Below, in pieces: positions 51,265-59,079 of a stretch of 64,000 nucleotides of DNA. The notes below the pieces were generated by a model. That model was not told the origin of the DNA. It saw nothing but the letters and a program-made list of their open reading frames with translations, and did no database searches. The stretch spans positions 1,984,001 to 2,048,000 of the forward strand of contig OY969767.1 in assembly GCA_963702895.1 (NCBI GenBank), given 5' to 3'. Position 1 is the stretch's first letter, and the number at the start of each line of letters is the position of its first letter. The translations under genes were made by a program, and so were the position numbers. The stretch is from an uncultured Elusimicrobia bacterium. GTDB taxonomy: Bacteria > Elusimicrobiota > Elusimicrobia > 2-01-FULL-59-12.

Positions 51265-52404
51265 TCATGCGTCTGTGCCTTCGTTGTGAGTCCACTCGAG
51301 AAGTCTCCGTTGCAGGTCTTCTTTGGAGGGCAGGTAGAGCTGGTATCGGGAGGCAAAGATATTGGCGTTCTTCGGTAGCGTCAACCGGACAAGCGCTTCC
51401 TTCTTGCGCTTGCAGAGGAGAATTCCGATGGTGGGGTTTTCGCCGGTTGTTCTGACATGACGGTCAAAATGATTGACATACATCTGCATCTGACCCAGGT
51501 CCTGATGCGTGAGCTTATCGAGCTTTAAATCCACGAGGACATAGCAGCGTAGAAGGCGGTTGTAAAAGACCAAGTCCACGAAAAAATGGTCTTCATCAAA
51601 AGTGAACCGCTTTTGCCGGGCCTCGAACAAAAAACCTTTGCCGAGTTCCAGCAGGAAGTGCTGGAGCTTGTCGATGATGGCGGATTCGAGGTCGCTTTCG
51701 GAATAGGAAGGTTTTTCTTCGAGGCCGAGGAATTCGAGAACAAGGGGTTCTTTCATCAAATCTACGGGACGGCTGACTCTGTGTCCTTCCTCTGCGAGCT
51801 TCCTCATACGTGTTTTGTTTCGGCTGAGGGCAAGGCGTTCGTAGAGACCCGAGCCCAGTTGGCGCTTGAATTCGGGGATCGACCAACCGGATTCCGCGGC
51901 CTCGATCTCGTAGAAGCGGCGCTCTTTCTCGTCTTTGATGCCAAGAAGTGTGACGTAATGCGACCATCCCAAGGTGAAGGGATACGTCAGGACCGAGGGG
52001 TCAGACAGCTTCTGACGTATGAGGTCAGATTTCCTAGAAGGCTTCTCGGAAATGGCGGCGGATTTTTCAGAAGGCTTCTGAAGAATTGGTACGCGATCAC
52101 GCCACAGAAGATAGAACTTGCGCATGTGAGATAGGTTATCTTCAGAAAATCCTCGCCCGAATTCCGATGTCAGGCTGGCAGACAAATGAAGGAGTGTTTC
52201 TGCGCCATAGGCCGCTCGGGCAATGCCCGTCTGCTCGTGCTCCACAATGAGACGGCCGATTTCAAAATTGGTGCGAACCTGCAGGATATTGATGCTGCTG
52301 GCAGCAGCCCGGCGCGCGGCTTGCACCAGAGTGCGGACCCGTTCGATCAGTGGCGAAAGACCGCGGTCGACTCCTGCGACTTTGATGGGTCTGCTTAGCT
52401 CCAT
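51265..52404 (-). CDS. yhcG: DUF1016 / YhcG-family PD-(D/E)XK nuclease-like protein, full length
   Basis: FEIGRLIVE, GRGFS..NL..MR.FY, LGWSHY, YERLALS, ELGKGF, VDLVFY...DLK, GQMQMY. Confidence 0.9.
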   Translation of the reverse strand: MELSRPIKVAGVDRGLSPLIERVRTLVQAARRAAASSINILQVRTNFEIGRLIVEHEQTGIARAAYGAETLLHLSASLTSEFGRGFSEDNLSHMRKFYLLWRDRVPILQKPSEKSAAISEKPSRKSDLIRQKLSDPSVLTYPFTLGWSHYVTLLGIKDEKERRFYEIEAAESGWSIPEFKRQLGSGLYERLALSRNKTRMRKLAEEGHRVSRPVDLMKEPLVLEFLGLEEKPSYSESDLESAIIDKLQHFLLELGKGFLFEARQKRFTFDEDHFFVDLVFYNRLLRCYVLVDLKLDKLTHQDLGQMQMYVNHFDRHVRTTGENPTIGILLCKRKKEALVRLTLPKNANIFASRYQLYLPSKEDLQRRLLEWTHNEGTDA

Positions 52405-52652
52405 ATCCCTTAGATGTAAATCTCGGGAGAATATTCACATTAATTTTTTCTCCGTCGGGGGAGCACATGCCGGGTGTTTGGCGAGGTTGAGGGGGTGGCC
52501 CCCTCTCCGCCACTACACCTTGGCGGATTCGCTAAAGCCTCAGTGGCGCAAAGGAGCACCGGAGCGCGCAGACTACCTCTCGGGCTCCGGCTTCAGCACG
52601 AGAAGCCGAAGGCAACCGGAGTGGGGCGGCTCTCCAACACCCATGATAGAGC

Positions 52653-52691
52653 AAAAGCCGGCATATTCTCAAAAGAGGATATGCCGGCTTT
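52653..52691. terminator. Bidirectional terminator-like hairpin (also 54204-54242 and 55621-55660)
   Basis: AAAGCCGGCATATTCTC / GAGGATATGCCGGCTTT flanked by A and T runs. Confidence 0.7.
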
Positions 52692-52942
52692 CCTTTTTGT
52701 CGGGTGGTGGAGCTGCCTGTCCCCCGTAGCCTGCTGGCGTCGTGTGCCAGCGCCCAGGCGAAGGGGGGCGGCAGCGACCCCCTGTCGGGTGGTGGAGCTG
52801 CCTGCCCCACGAAGCGCGCTAGCGTTGAAGGGGGGGCAGCCGCAAGCGAGTGCCGGGCGGTTCATCGGCCGGACATTTCTGAAAATTCTCCTTCAAAGAT
52901 TCAACATTTTGCTCGAAGATTTAGCAGCTGGCAGGAGAAATC

Positions 52943-53163
52943 GAGCAGCTTCCTCGAAAAGTGAGCAGGTTGGCCTTCCAAAACGAGCAGCTTCAACTGT
53001 AAAAGTGAGCAGCTTCCTCGAAAAGTGAGCAGCTTGGCCTTCCAAAACGAGCAGCTTCAACTGCAAAAGTGAGCAGCTTCCTCGAAAAGTGAGCAGCTTG
53101 GCCTTCCAGAACGAGCAGCTTCAACTGTAAAAGTGAGCAGCTTCCTCAAAAAGTGAGCAGCTT
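52943..53163. repeat. GAGCAGCTT-core tandem array, units 20/22/22 bp (64-bp higher-order repeat)
   Basis: 11 core copies; linkers cycle CCTCGAAAAGT / GGCCTTCCAAAAC / CAACTGTAAAAGT. Confidence 0.9.
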
Positions 53164-53955
53164 TTGCCGGGCCTCGAACAAAAAACCTTTGCCGAGTTCC
53201 AGCAGGAAGTGCTGGAGCTTGTCGATGATGGCGGATTCGAGGTCGCTTTCGGAATAGGAAGGTTTTTCTTCGAGGCCGAGGAATTCGAGAACAAGGGGTT
53301 CTTTCATCAAATCTACGGGACGGCTGACTCTGTGTCCTTCCTCTGCGAGCTTCCTCATACGTGTTTTGTTTCGGCTGAGGGCAAGGCGTTCGTAGAGACC
53401 CGAGCCCAGTTGGCGCTTGAATTCGGGGATCGACCAACCGGATTCCGCGGCCTCGATCTCGTAGAAGCGGCGCTCTTTCTCGTCTTTGATGCCAAGAAGT
53501 GTGACGTAATGCGACCATCCCAAGGTGAAGGGATACGTCAGGACCGAGGGGTCAGACAGCTTCTGACGTATGAGGTCAGATTTCCTAGAAGGCTTCTCGG
53601 AAATGGCGGCGGATTTTTCAGAAGGCTTCTGAAGAATTGGTACGCGATCACGCCACAGAAGATAGAACTTGCGCATGTGAGATAGGTTATCTTCAGAAAA
53701 TCCTCGCCCGAATTCCGATGTCAGGCTGGCAGACAAATGAAGGAGTGTTTCTGCGCCATAGGCCGCTCGGGCAATGCCCGTCTGCTCGTGCTCCACAATG
53801 AGACGGCCGATTTCAAAATTGGTGCGAACCTGCAGGATATTGATGCTGCTGGCAGCAGCCCGGCGCGCGGCTTGCACCAGAGTGCGGACCCGTTCGATCA
53901 GTGGCGAAAGACCGCGGTCGACTCCTGCGACTTTGATGGGTCTGCTTAGCTCCAT
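53146..53955 (-). pseudogene. Truncated DUF1016/YhcG copy 2 lacking the nuclease active site
   Basis: Identical protein to copy 1 up to ARQK, then LLTF-stop inside the array. Confidence 0.85.
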
Positions 53956-54493
53956 ATCCCTTAGATGTAAATCTCGGGAGAATATTCACATTAATTTTTT
54001 CTCCGTCGGGGGAGCACATGCCGGGTGTTTGGCGAGGTTGAGGGGGTGGCCCCCTCTCCGCCACTACACCTTGGCGGATTCGCTAAAGCCTCAGTGGCGC
54101 AAAGGAGCACCGGAGCGCGCAGACTACCTCTCGGGCTCCGGCTTCAGCACGAGAAGCCGAAGGCAACCGGAGTGGGGCGGCTCTCCAACACCCATGATAG
54201 AGCAAAAGCCGGCATATTCTCAAAAGAGGATATGCCGGCTTTCCTTTTTGTCGGGTGGTGGAGCTGCCTGTCCCCCGTAGCCTGCTGGCGTCGTGTGCCA
54301 GCGCCCAGGCGAAGGGGGGCGGCAGCGACCCCCTGTCGGGTGGTGGAGCTGCCTGCCCCACGAAGCGCGCTAGCGTTGAAGGGGGGGCAGCCGCAAGCGA
54401 GTGCCGGGCGGTTCATCGGCCGGGCATTTCTGAAAATTCTCCTTCAAAGATTCAACATTTTGCTCGAAGATTTAGCAGCTGGCAGGAGAAATC

Positions 54494-54714
54494 GAGCAGC
54501 TTCCTCGAAAAGTGAGCAGGTTGGCCTTCCAAAACGAGCAGCTTCAACTGTAAAAGTGAGCAGCTTCCTCGAAAAGTGAGCAGCTTGGCCTTCCAAAACG
54601 AGCAGCTTCAACTGCAAAAGTGAGCAGCTTCCTCGAAAAGTGAGCAGCTTGGCCTTCCAGAACGAGCAGCTTCAACTGTAAAAGTGAGCAGCTTCCTCAA
54701 AAAGTGAGCAGCTT
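54494..54714. repeat. Second copy of the GAGCAGCTT array
   Basis: Same as 52943-53163 shifted by 1551 bp. Confidence 0.9.
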
Positions 54715-55506
54715 TTGCCGGGCCTCGAACAAAAAGCCTTTGCCGAGTTCCAGCAGGAAGTGCTGGAGCTTGTCGATGATGGCGGATTCGAGGTCGCTTT
54801 CGGAATAGGAAGGTTTTTCTTCGAGGCCGAGGAATTCGAGAACAAGGGGTTCTTTCATCAAATCTACGGGACGGCTGACTCGGTGTCCTTCCTCTGCGAG
54901 CTTCCTCATACGTGTTTTGTTTCGGCTGAGGGCAAGGCGTTCGTAGAGACCCGAGCTCAGTTGGCGCTTGAATTCGGGGATCGACCAATCAGATTCCGCG
55001 GCCTCGATCTCGTAGAAGCGGCGCTCTTTTTCGTCTTCGATGCCAAGAAGCGTGACGTAATGCGACCATCCCAAGGTGAAGGGATACGACAGGACCGATG
55101 GGTCAGACGGCTTCTGACGAATGAGGTCAGATTTCCTAGAAGGCTTCTCGGAAATGGCGGCGGATTTTTCAGAAGGCTTCTGAAGAATTGGTACGCGATC
55201 CCGCCACAAAAGATAGAACTTGCGCATATGGGACAGGTTTACCGCGGAGAATCCCCTCCCGAACTCCGCTGTCAGGCTGGCAGACAAATGAAGGAGTGTT
55301 TCTGCGCCATAGGCCGCTCGGGCAATGCCCGTCTGCTCGTTCTCCACAATGAGACGGCCGATTTCAAAATTGGTGCGAACCTGCAGGAGATTGATGCTGC
55401 TGGCAGCAGCCCGGCGCGCGGCTTGCACCAGAGTGCGAACCCGTTCGATCAGTGGCGAAAGACCGCGGTCGACTCCTGCGACTTTGATGGGTCTGCTTAG
55501 CTCCAT
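54697..55506 (-). pseudogene. Truncated, slightly diverged DUF1016/YhcG copy 3
   Basis: Same truncation point; substitutions such as SAVNL vs SEDNL. Confidence 0.85.
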
Positions 55507-55794
55507 ATCCCTTAGATGCAAAACTCGGGAGAATATTCACATTAATTTTTTCTCCGTCGGGGGAGCACATGCCGGGTGTTTGGCGGGGTTGAGGGGGTGT
55601 CCCCCTCTCCGCGATAGAGCAAAAGCCGGCATATTCTCGTATGAGGATATGCCGGCTTTTCTTTTTGTCGGGTGGTGGAGCTGCCTGTCCCTCAACGCGC
55701 GACGAGCGCGATCGAGATACAACAGCCGTGAAACGAGAGCGTGGAGAGGCGGAATCTCCTGTTTTCGAGAGGGAACGTTACCGAGTGCCTCGAC

Positions 55795-56166
55795 TCATTC
55801 GCCGAGTACGGATGCAGGACAACGATAGACCGTACCTGTTAGTGTGACATTCGTTTGTGACGAATGTCCCGTACCTTCATTGACAGAGCCCGTTTGTCCA
55901 GCACGGTTGGTGAGCAGGACGATGACATTCCCACCCATTTCGGTTGCTTTATTTTTAAGACGATTACGAGCACCAGTTTCTAAATTAGCATTGCTCGTCC
56001 AGGGCCCTGTGAAGAAATTCCCCTGGTTGCCAGTGGCTTCGCCAAGATACTTGCATCCCTTAGGTTCTGATTGCAGAAAACGCACCGTCTGCGCTTCTGG
56101 TTTCAAGGGAACCGCTGCACATCCAGAAAGAACCGCGATCACCGACAGAATTAGGAATGCCCTCAT
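55795..56166 (-). CDS. DUF4156-like lipoprotein
   Basis: Lipobox LSGC, CKYLG, GARN.LKN.A..MGGN, VYRCP; SD AAGGAGG. Confidence 0.75.
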   Translation of the reverse strand: MRAFLILSVIAVLSGCAAVPLKPEAQTVRFLQSEPKGCKYLGEATGNQGNFFTGPWTSNANLETGARNRLKNKATEMGGNVIVLLTNRAGQTGSVNEGTGHSSQTNVTLTGTVYRCPASVLGE

Positions 56167-56358
56167 AAAAATCCTCCTTAGGACTTGAACCTGTAAACTT
56201 CAGCTCCGCATACGAATCAGTGCGACGTTAGCAAACTTATGAACTACGGTCTAGATGTAAGTCAAAGCCACACATGTGCCCGGCAGGCCCTCGCCTTCGG
56301 ATTCGTCACTGAAAAGAAGAAGCCCCGTGTGTGCCCGCGCCCGCCACTACAACGCGGC

Positions 56359-56443
56359 GGGCGTCCGCCCCGAGCACGCTTCGCGTGTAGGGGCAGCCCT
56401 AACAGCTCGCTTCAGCGAGCTGTCCGGGCGCCAACGCTGGAGT
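56359..56443. repeat. 85-bp branched palindromic element, direct repeat with 58329-58413
   Basis: 83/85 identical; two inner hairpins closed by GGCGTCC/GGGCGCC. Confidence 0.9.
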
Positions 56444-56595
56444 CCTTGGTTAGACGATTTTAGAACTTGCCTAGTCCGTGGGCCTCCGATGGCCATTGCA
56501 GAGAAAGCTTTTCCTGGAGCGACGCTTGTTGAAACAGATTAAAGCGTGCTATTGAGAGCGGGTGGGAAGAAATCCATTAGAACACCGATCTTTAA

Positions 56596-57840
56596 TCATT
56601 CAACCGTCACAACCTTCCACAACAGTTCCTGCCCCTTCATCGCGCCGTAAGCCAACGTCTTGCCATCCGGGCTAAAAGTGAGGCTTCCCACCCAATCAAA
56701 GGGCGCAAGTTTTCTTTCATTCACCACCACATGATGTTGTCCCGTCTTCTTATCTTCAGCTATGTAGGCAAGCTGCTTGCCATCCGAGCTATAAACGAGG
56801 TCCCTCGTGGCGTCGCATTCCTTCCCTTCTTTGCCGTTTGCAACAACAACAACTCTTCCTTTCCGCTTCGCCGCATAGGCGATCTCTTTGCTGTCCGGAC
56901 TAAAAACGTAGGATGCCAAATAATTATCATAGGTTTCCAATATCATATCGTCGACAACAAGACAGGGTTTTGCCTTCATCACGAGGTATGCGATGCGTTT
57001 CCCGTCGGGAGAGAAAAGAGGGTGGAAAACATTTGTAAAACTCTTCCCGGGCCTCCCATCGCGCACCATGAAACATTCGCCTTTGGCTCTGCAGGCCGGA
57101 TAGGCCACGTGTTGACCATCGGGACTGAAGCCAATGAAGGAGACGTCATAAAAAGCCTCTCCTCTCTGATTATTGATCACAGCAAACCAGAGTCCTTTCT
57201 CCTTTGCTGTATACGCTGTTGTCCTGCCGTCCGGACTGAACCGATAGCCTTTAACGGCGTCGAACCCTCCGCTTCGTTTCCCGTCCAATACGAGAAACCA
57301 GCGCGGGCCCTTTTTGGCTGGATATGCCAAACGGGTGCCGTCCGGACTGAAAAAGGGGTCACCTACTTCATCGAAAGCTTCTTGCGGTTTCTCATTAACA
57401 ACGACGAACCAATGACGACCCTTCCTGGCCGTATAAGCCAGTCTCGTGCCATCCGGACTGAAAATGGGGTCACCTACTTCATCGAAAGCTTCTTGCGGTT
57501 TCTCATTAACAACGACGAACCGATGACGACCCTTCCTGGCCGTATAAGCCAGTCTCGTGCCATCCGGGCTGAACACGGTGCCGTGTCCAGCCTTCACGAA
57601 ACCGCCCTTCCGCTCACCAATAAAGACGATCTGGTTATCAAGGGCATCCCATCCGCGCCTCCAGGCCTCCGATGCATGGCATGCCACGTGTTTCCCATCA
57701 GGAGTAAATACTGGCCAAAGAGCGACATAGTCGGACGGGATAGTAGCCAAGAGCCTCTCCTGATATAGACTTTCTTCAAGCCCAAACACTCCCGAGCAAG
57801 AGACAAAGATCAGGGCCGACGTAAGCAATGTGCTTTTCAT
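56596..57840 (-). CDS. Exported beta-propeller protein (TolB/PD40-like FSPDG repeats)
   Basis: About 9 FSPDG..AY repeats; signal peptide; 111-bp near-exact internal duplication. Confidence 0.85.
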   Translation of the reverse strand: MKSTLLTSALIFVSCSGVFGLEESLYQERLLATIPSDYVALWPVFTPDGKHVACHASEAWRRGWDALDNQIVFIGERKGGFVKAGHGTVFSPDGTRLAYTARKGRHRFVVVNEKPQEAFDEVGDPIFSPDGTRLAYTARKGRHWFVVVNEKPQEAFDEVGDPFFSPDGTRLAYPAKKGPRWFLVLDGKRSGGFDAVKGYRFSPDGRTTAYTAKEKGLWFAVINNQRGEAFYDVSFIGFSPDGQHVAYPACRAKGECFMVRDGRPGKSFTNVFHPLFSPDGKRIAYLVMKAKPCLVVDDMILETYDNYLASYVFSPDSKEIAYAAKRKGRVVVVANGKEGKECDATRDLVYSSDGKQLAYIAEDKKTGQHHVVVNERKLAPFDWVGSLTFSPDGKTLAYGAMKGQELLWKVVTVE

Positions 57841-57889
57841 TGGTATCCTCATTTCGACGTTTGATCCATCAAGCGACTTTCAATTACCC

Positions 57890-58156
57890 TTAAAGACGCG
57901 GAAACAAACGATTTTCCAGCCATGAGATAGCATAATAAAGAATGAAAACATTCGTTATATGGCCGAGGGAGAGCAGCGATAGCAGTATTGAATCTGAAAA
58001 ATGGATGGGAATTACAACGAGCAAATAAGGCCATGGCCAAGCAAGAAAGAAAAGACATATGTCTGCCAAAAGGTCTAAGTAGCCCCGCGATAACCATATG
58101 ATCAGTGTCACGAGAGCATACACACAGGTGATGCCAACGGCAAAGATTGATCTCAT
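57890..58156 (-). CDS. Small AT-rich membrane protein
   Basis: 88 aa with three hydrophobic segments. Confidence 0.45.
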   Translation of the reverse strand: MRSIFAVGITCVYALVTLIIWLSRGYLDLLADICLFFLAWPWPYLLVVIPIHFSDSILLSLLSLGHITNVFILYYAISWLENRLFPRL

Positions 58157-58328
58157 GTCTCAAATCACATTCAGCGAGCCAGTGCTCGCTCGGGGAGTTC
58201 CCTTTACGCCATACTCCAGGTTACGTGTGAGATGGTGAAAGCTGGAGTGGCGGACGGGATTTCCCGCCACTGAGTCTTCGTCCGCCACTACGGCTTAGGC
58301 GGATCCGCCAACGTCTTAGTGGCGGAGA

Positions 58329-58413
58329 GGGCGTCCGCCCCGACGACGCTTCGCGTGTAGGGGCAGCCCTAACAGCTCGCTTCAGCGAGCTGTCCGGGCG
58401 CCAACGCTGGAGT
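58329..58413. repeat. Second copy of the 85-bp element
   Basis: See 56359-56443. Confidence 0.9.
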
Positions 58414-58442
58414 GGCGGACGGGATTTGAAGCGAGTGGCGAA

Positions 58443-58634
58443 TGTGCCCGGCGGGATTTGAACTCGCGACCTTCCGCCAGAAGTCTGGCGGACGCTCTAT
58501 CCTGGGAAATAAGTCACCCCTGTGCCCGGCGGGATTTGAACTCGCGACCTCTTCCTTCGCAGGGAAGCGCTCTATCCAGCTGAGCTACGGGCACAGGGGT
58601 GACTCGAATCAACTTACCGCTGAGCTACGGGCAC
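58443..58634 (-). pseudogene. Split pseudo-tRNA-Arg enclosing the intact tRNA
   Basis: 58443-58502 plus 58619-58634 rebuild the tRNA, with the anticodon arm replaced and the D-loop interrupted. Confidence 0.85.
58521..58594 (-). tRNA. tRNA-Arg(GCG), CCA not encoded
   Basis: GTGCCCGTAGCTCAGCTGGATAGAGCGCTTCCCT-GCG-AAGGAAGAGGTCGCGAGTTCAAATCCCGCCGGGCACA cloverleaf. Confidence 0.92.
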
Positions 58635-58652
58635 ATTCGCCACTCGATGATC

Positions 58653-58774
58653 CGCGACCTGTCGCCAGATCCGACACACTTCAGTCGGACCCGCCTGCTT
58701 TGTGGCGGGCGTCTGGCGACCGCTCTATCCAGCTGCCTGCCCGCCAACGTCGTAGTGGCGGGAGCTACGGGCAC
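58653..58774 (-). pseudogene. Partial pseudo-tRNA-Arg (5' portion) with branched hairpin in place of the anticodon arm and a hairpin in the D-arm
   Basis: CGCGACCT [60 nt] CGCTCTATCCAGCTG [27 nt] AGCTACGGGCAC. Confidence 0.85.
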
Positions 58775-58797
58775 ACTAACCGCAAATCTTCTATTGA

Positions 58798-58876
58798 CGT
58801 CACCCCGGCATGTCGTAAGCCGGGGTCTATCATGTTTCGACGGAAATGATGGATCCCGGCGTCCGCCGGGATGACG
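58798..58876. repeat. CGTC-type REP doublet
   Basis: CGTCACCCCGGC...GCCGGGGTCTATCAT...ATGATGGATCCCGGC...GCCGGGATGACG. Confidence 0.75.
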
Positions 58877-58951
58877 GCACAGAAATGTCCACTAACCTCA
58901 GACGACAAAACCGGCCAACAGAAGATTCTTGGTCAGCCAGGAATCGGGTGC

Positions 58952-58960
58952 ATTGTATCA
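58952..58960 (-). promoter_or_regulatory. Putative extended -10 promoter for the tRNA-Arg cluster
   Basis: TGATACAAT on the minus strand. Confidence 0.5.
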
Positions 58961-58981
58961 AACGGTAAGGATTTGCATTGT

Positions 58982-59075
58982 GCGTGATTAAGTGATTGGG
59001 TGATTAGGTGATTCAGGGATGCAATGCCGTAGGCTACTCCCCTAATTACTCAATCACTTAATCACCTAATCACGC
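58982..59075. repeat. Convergent octamer arrays (GTGATTNN x4 / NNAATYAC x4) forming a long hairpin
   Basis: Read directly from the sequence. Confidence 0.8.
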
Positions 59076-59079
59076 CCAA

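Larger units (their letters stand above)
51609..54710. repeat. 1551-bp tandem duplication (51609-53159 and 53160-54710), followed by a diverged third partial unit
   Basis: Units match by eye apart from one non-coding difference (GGACATT vs GGGCATT). Confidence 0.85.
51037..55691 (-). repeat. Seven inverted copies of the ssrA 3' 13-mer (at 51037, 51115, 52705, 52790, 54256, 54341, 55673), each followed by TG(T/C)CCC and a GC-rich segment
   Basis: TGGTGGAGCTGCC is the reverse complement of ssrA 50963-50975. Confidence 0.9.

Noticed and set aside
49879..51455. Short ORFs over the structured block, tmRNA and hairpin units
   Set aside because: No recognisable motifs; they overlap ssrA or palindromic repeats.
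52943..54714. GAGCAGCTT arrays as CRISPR
   Set aside because: Core is 9 bp, linkers are 11-13 bp and repeat cyclically; no unique spacers and no cas genes.
51265..55506. yhcG copies as DGR template/variable repeats
   Set aside because: Differences are not adenine-specific, many are synonymous, and no reverse transcriptase is present.
56276..56542. ORF containing WSPWLDDFRT as a recombinase remnant
   Set aside because: Mostly translation of the 85-bp repeat; no catalytic motifs to support the call.
51037..58413. Hairpin units as integron attC sites
   Set aside because: No RYYYAAC/GTTRRRY ends and no integron integrase in the window.
50976..58520. Prophage or ICE between ssrA and tRNA-Arg
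   Set aside because: No integrase, structural, replication or conjugation genes.
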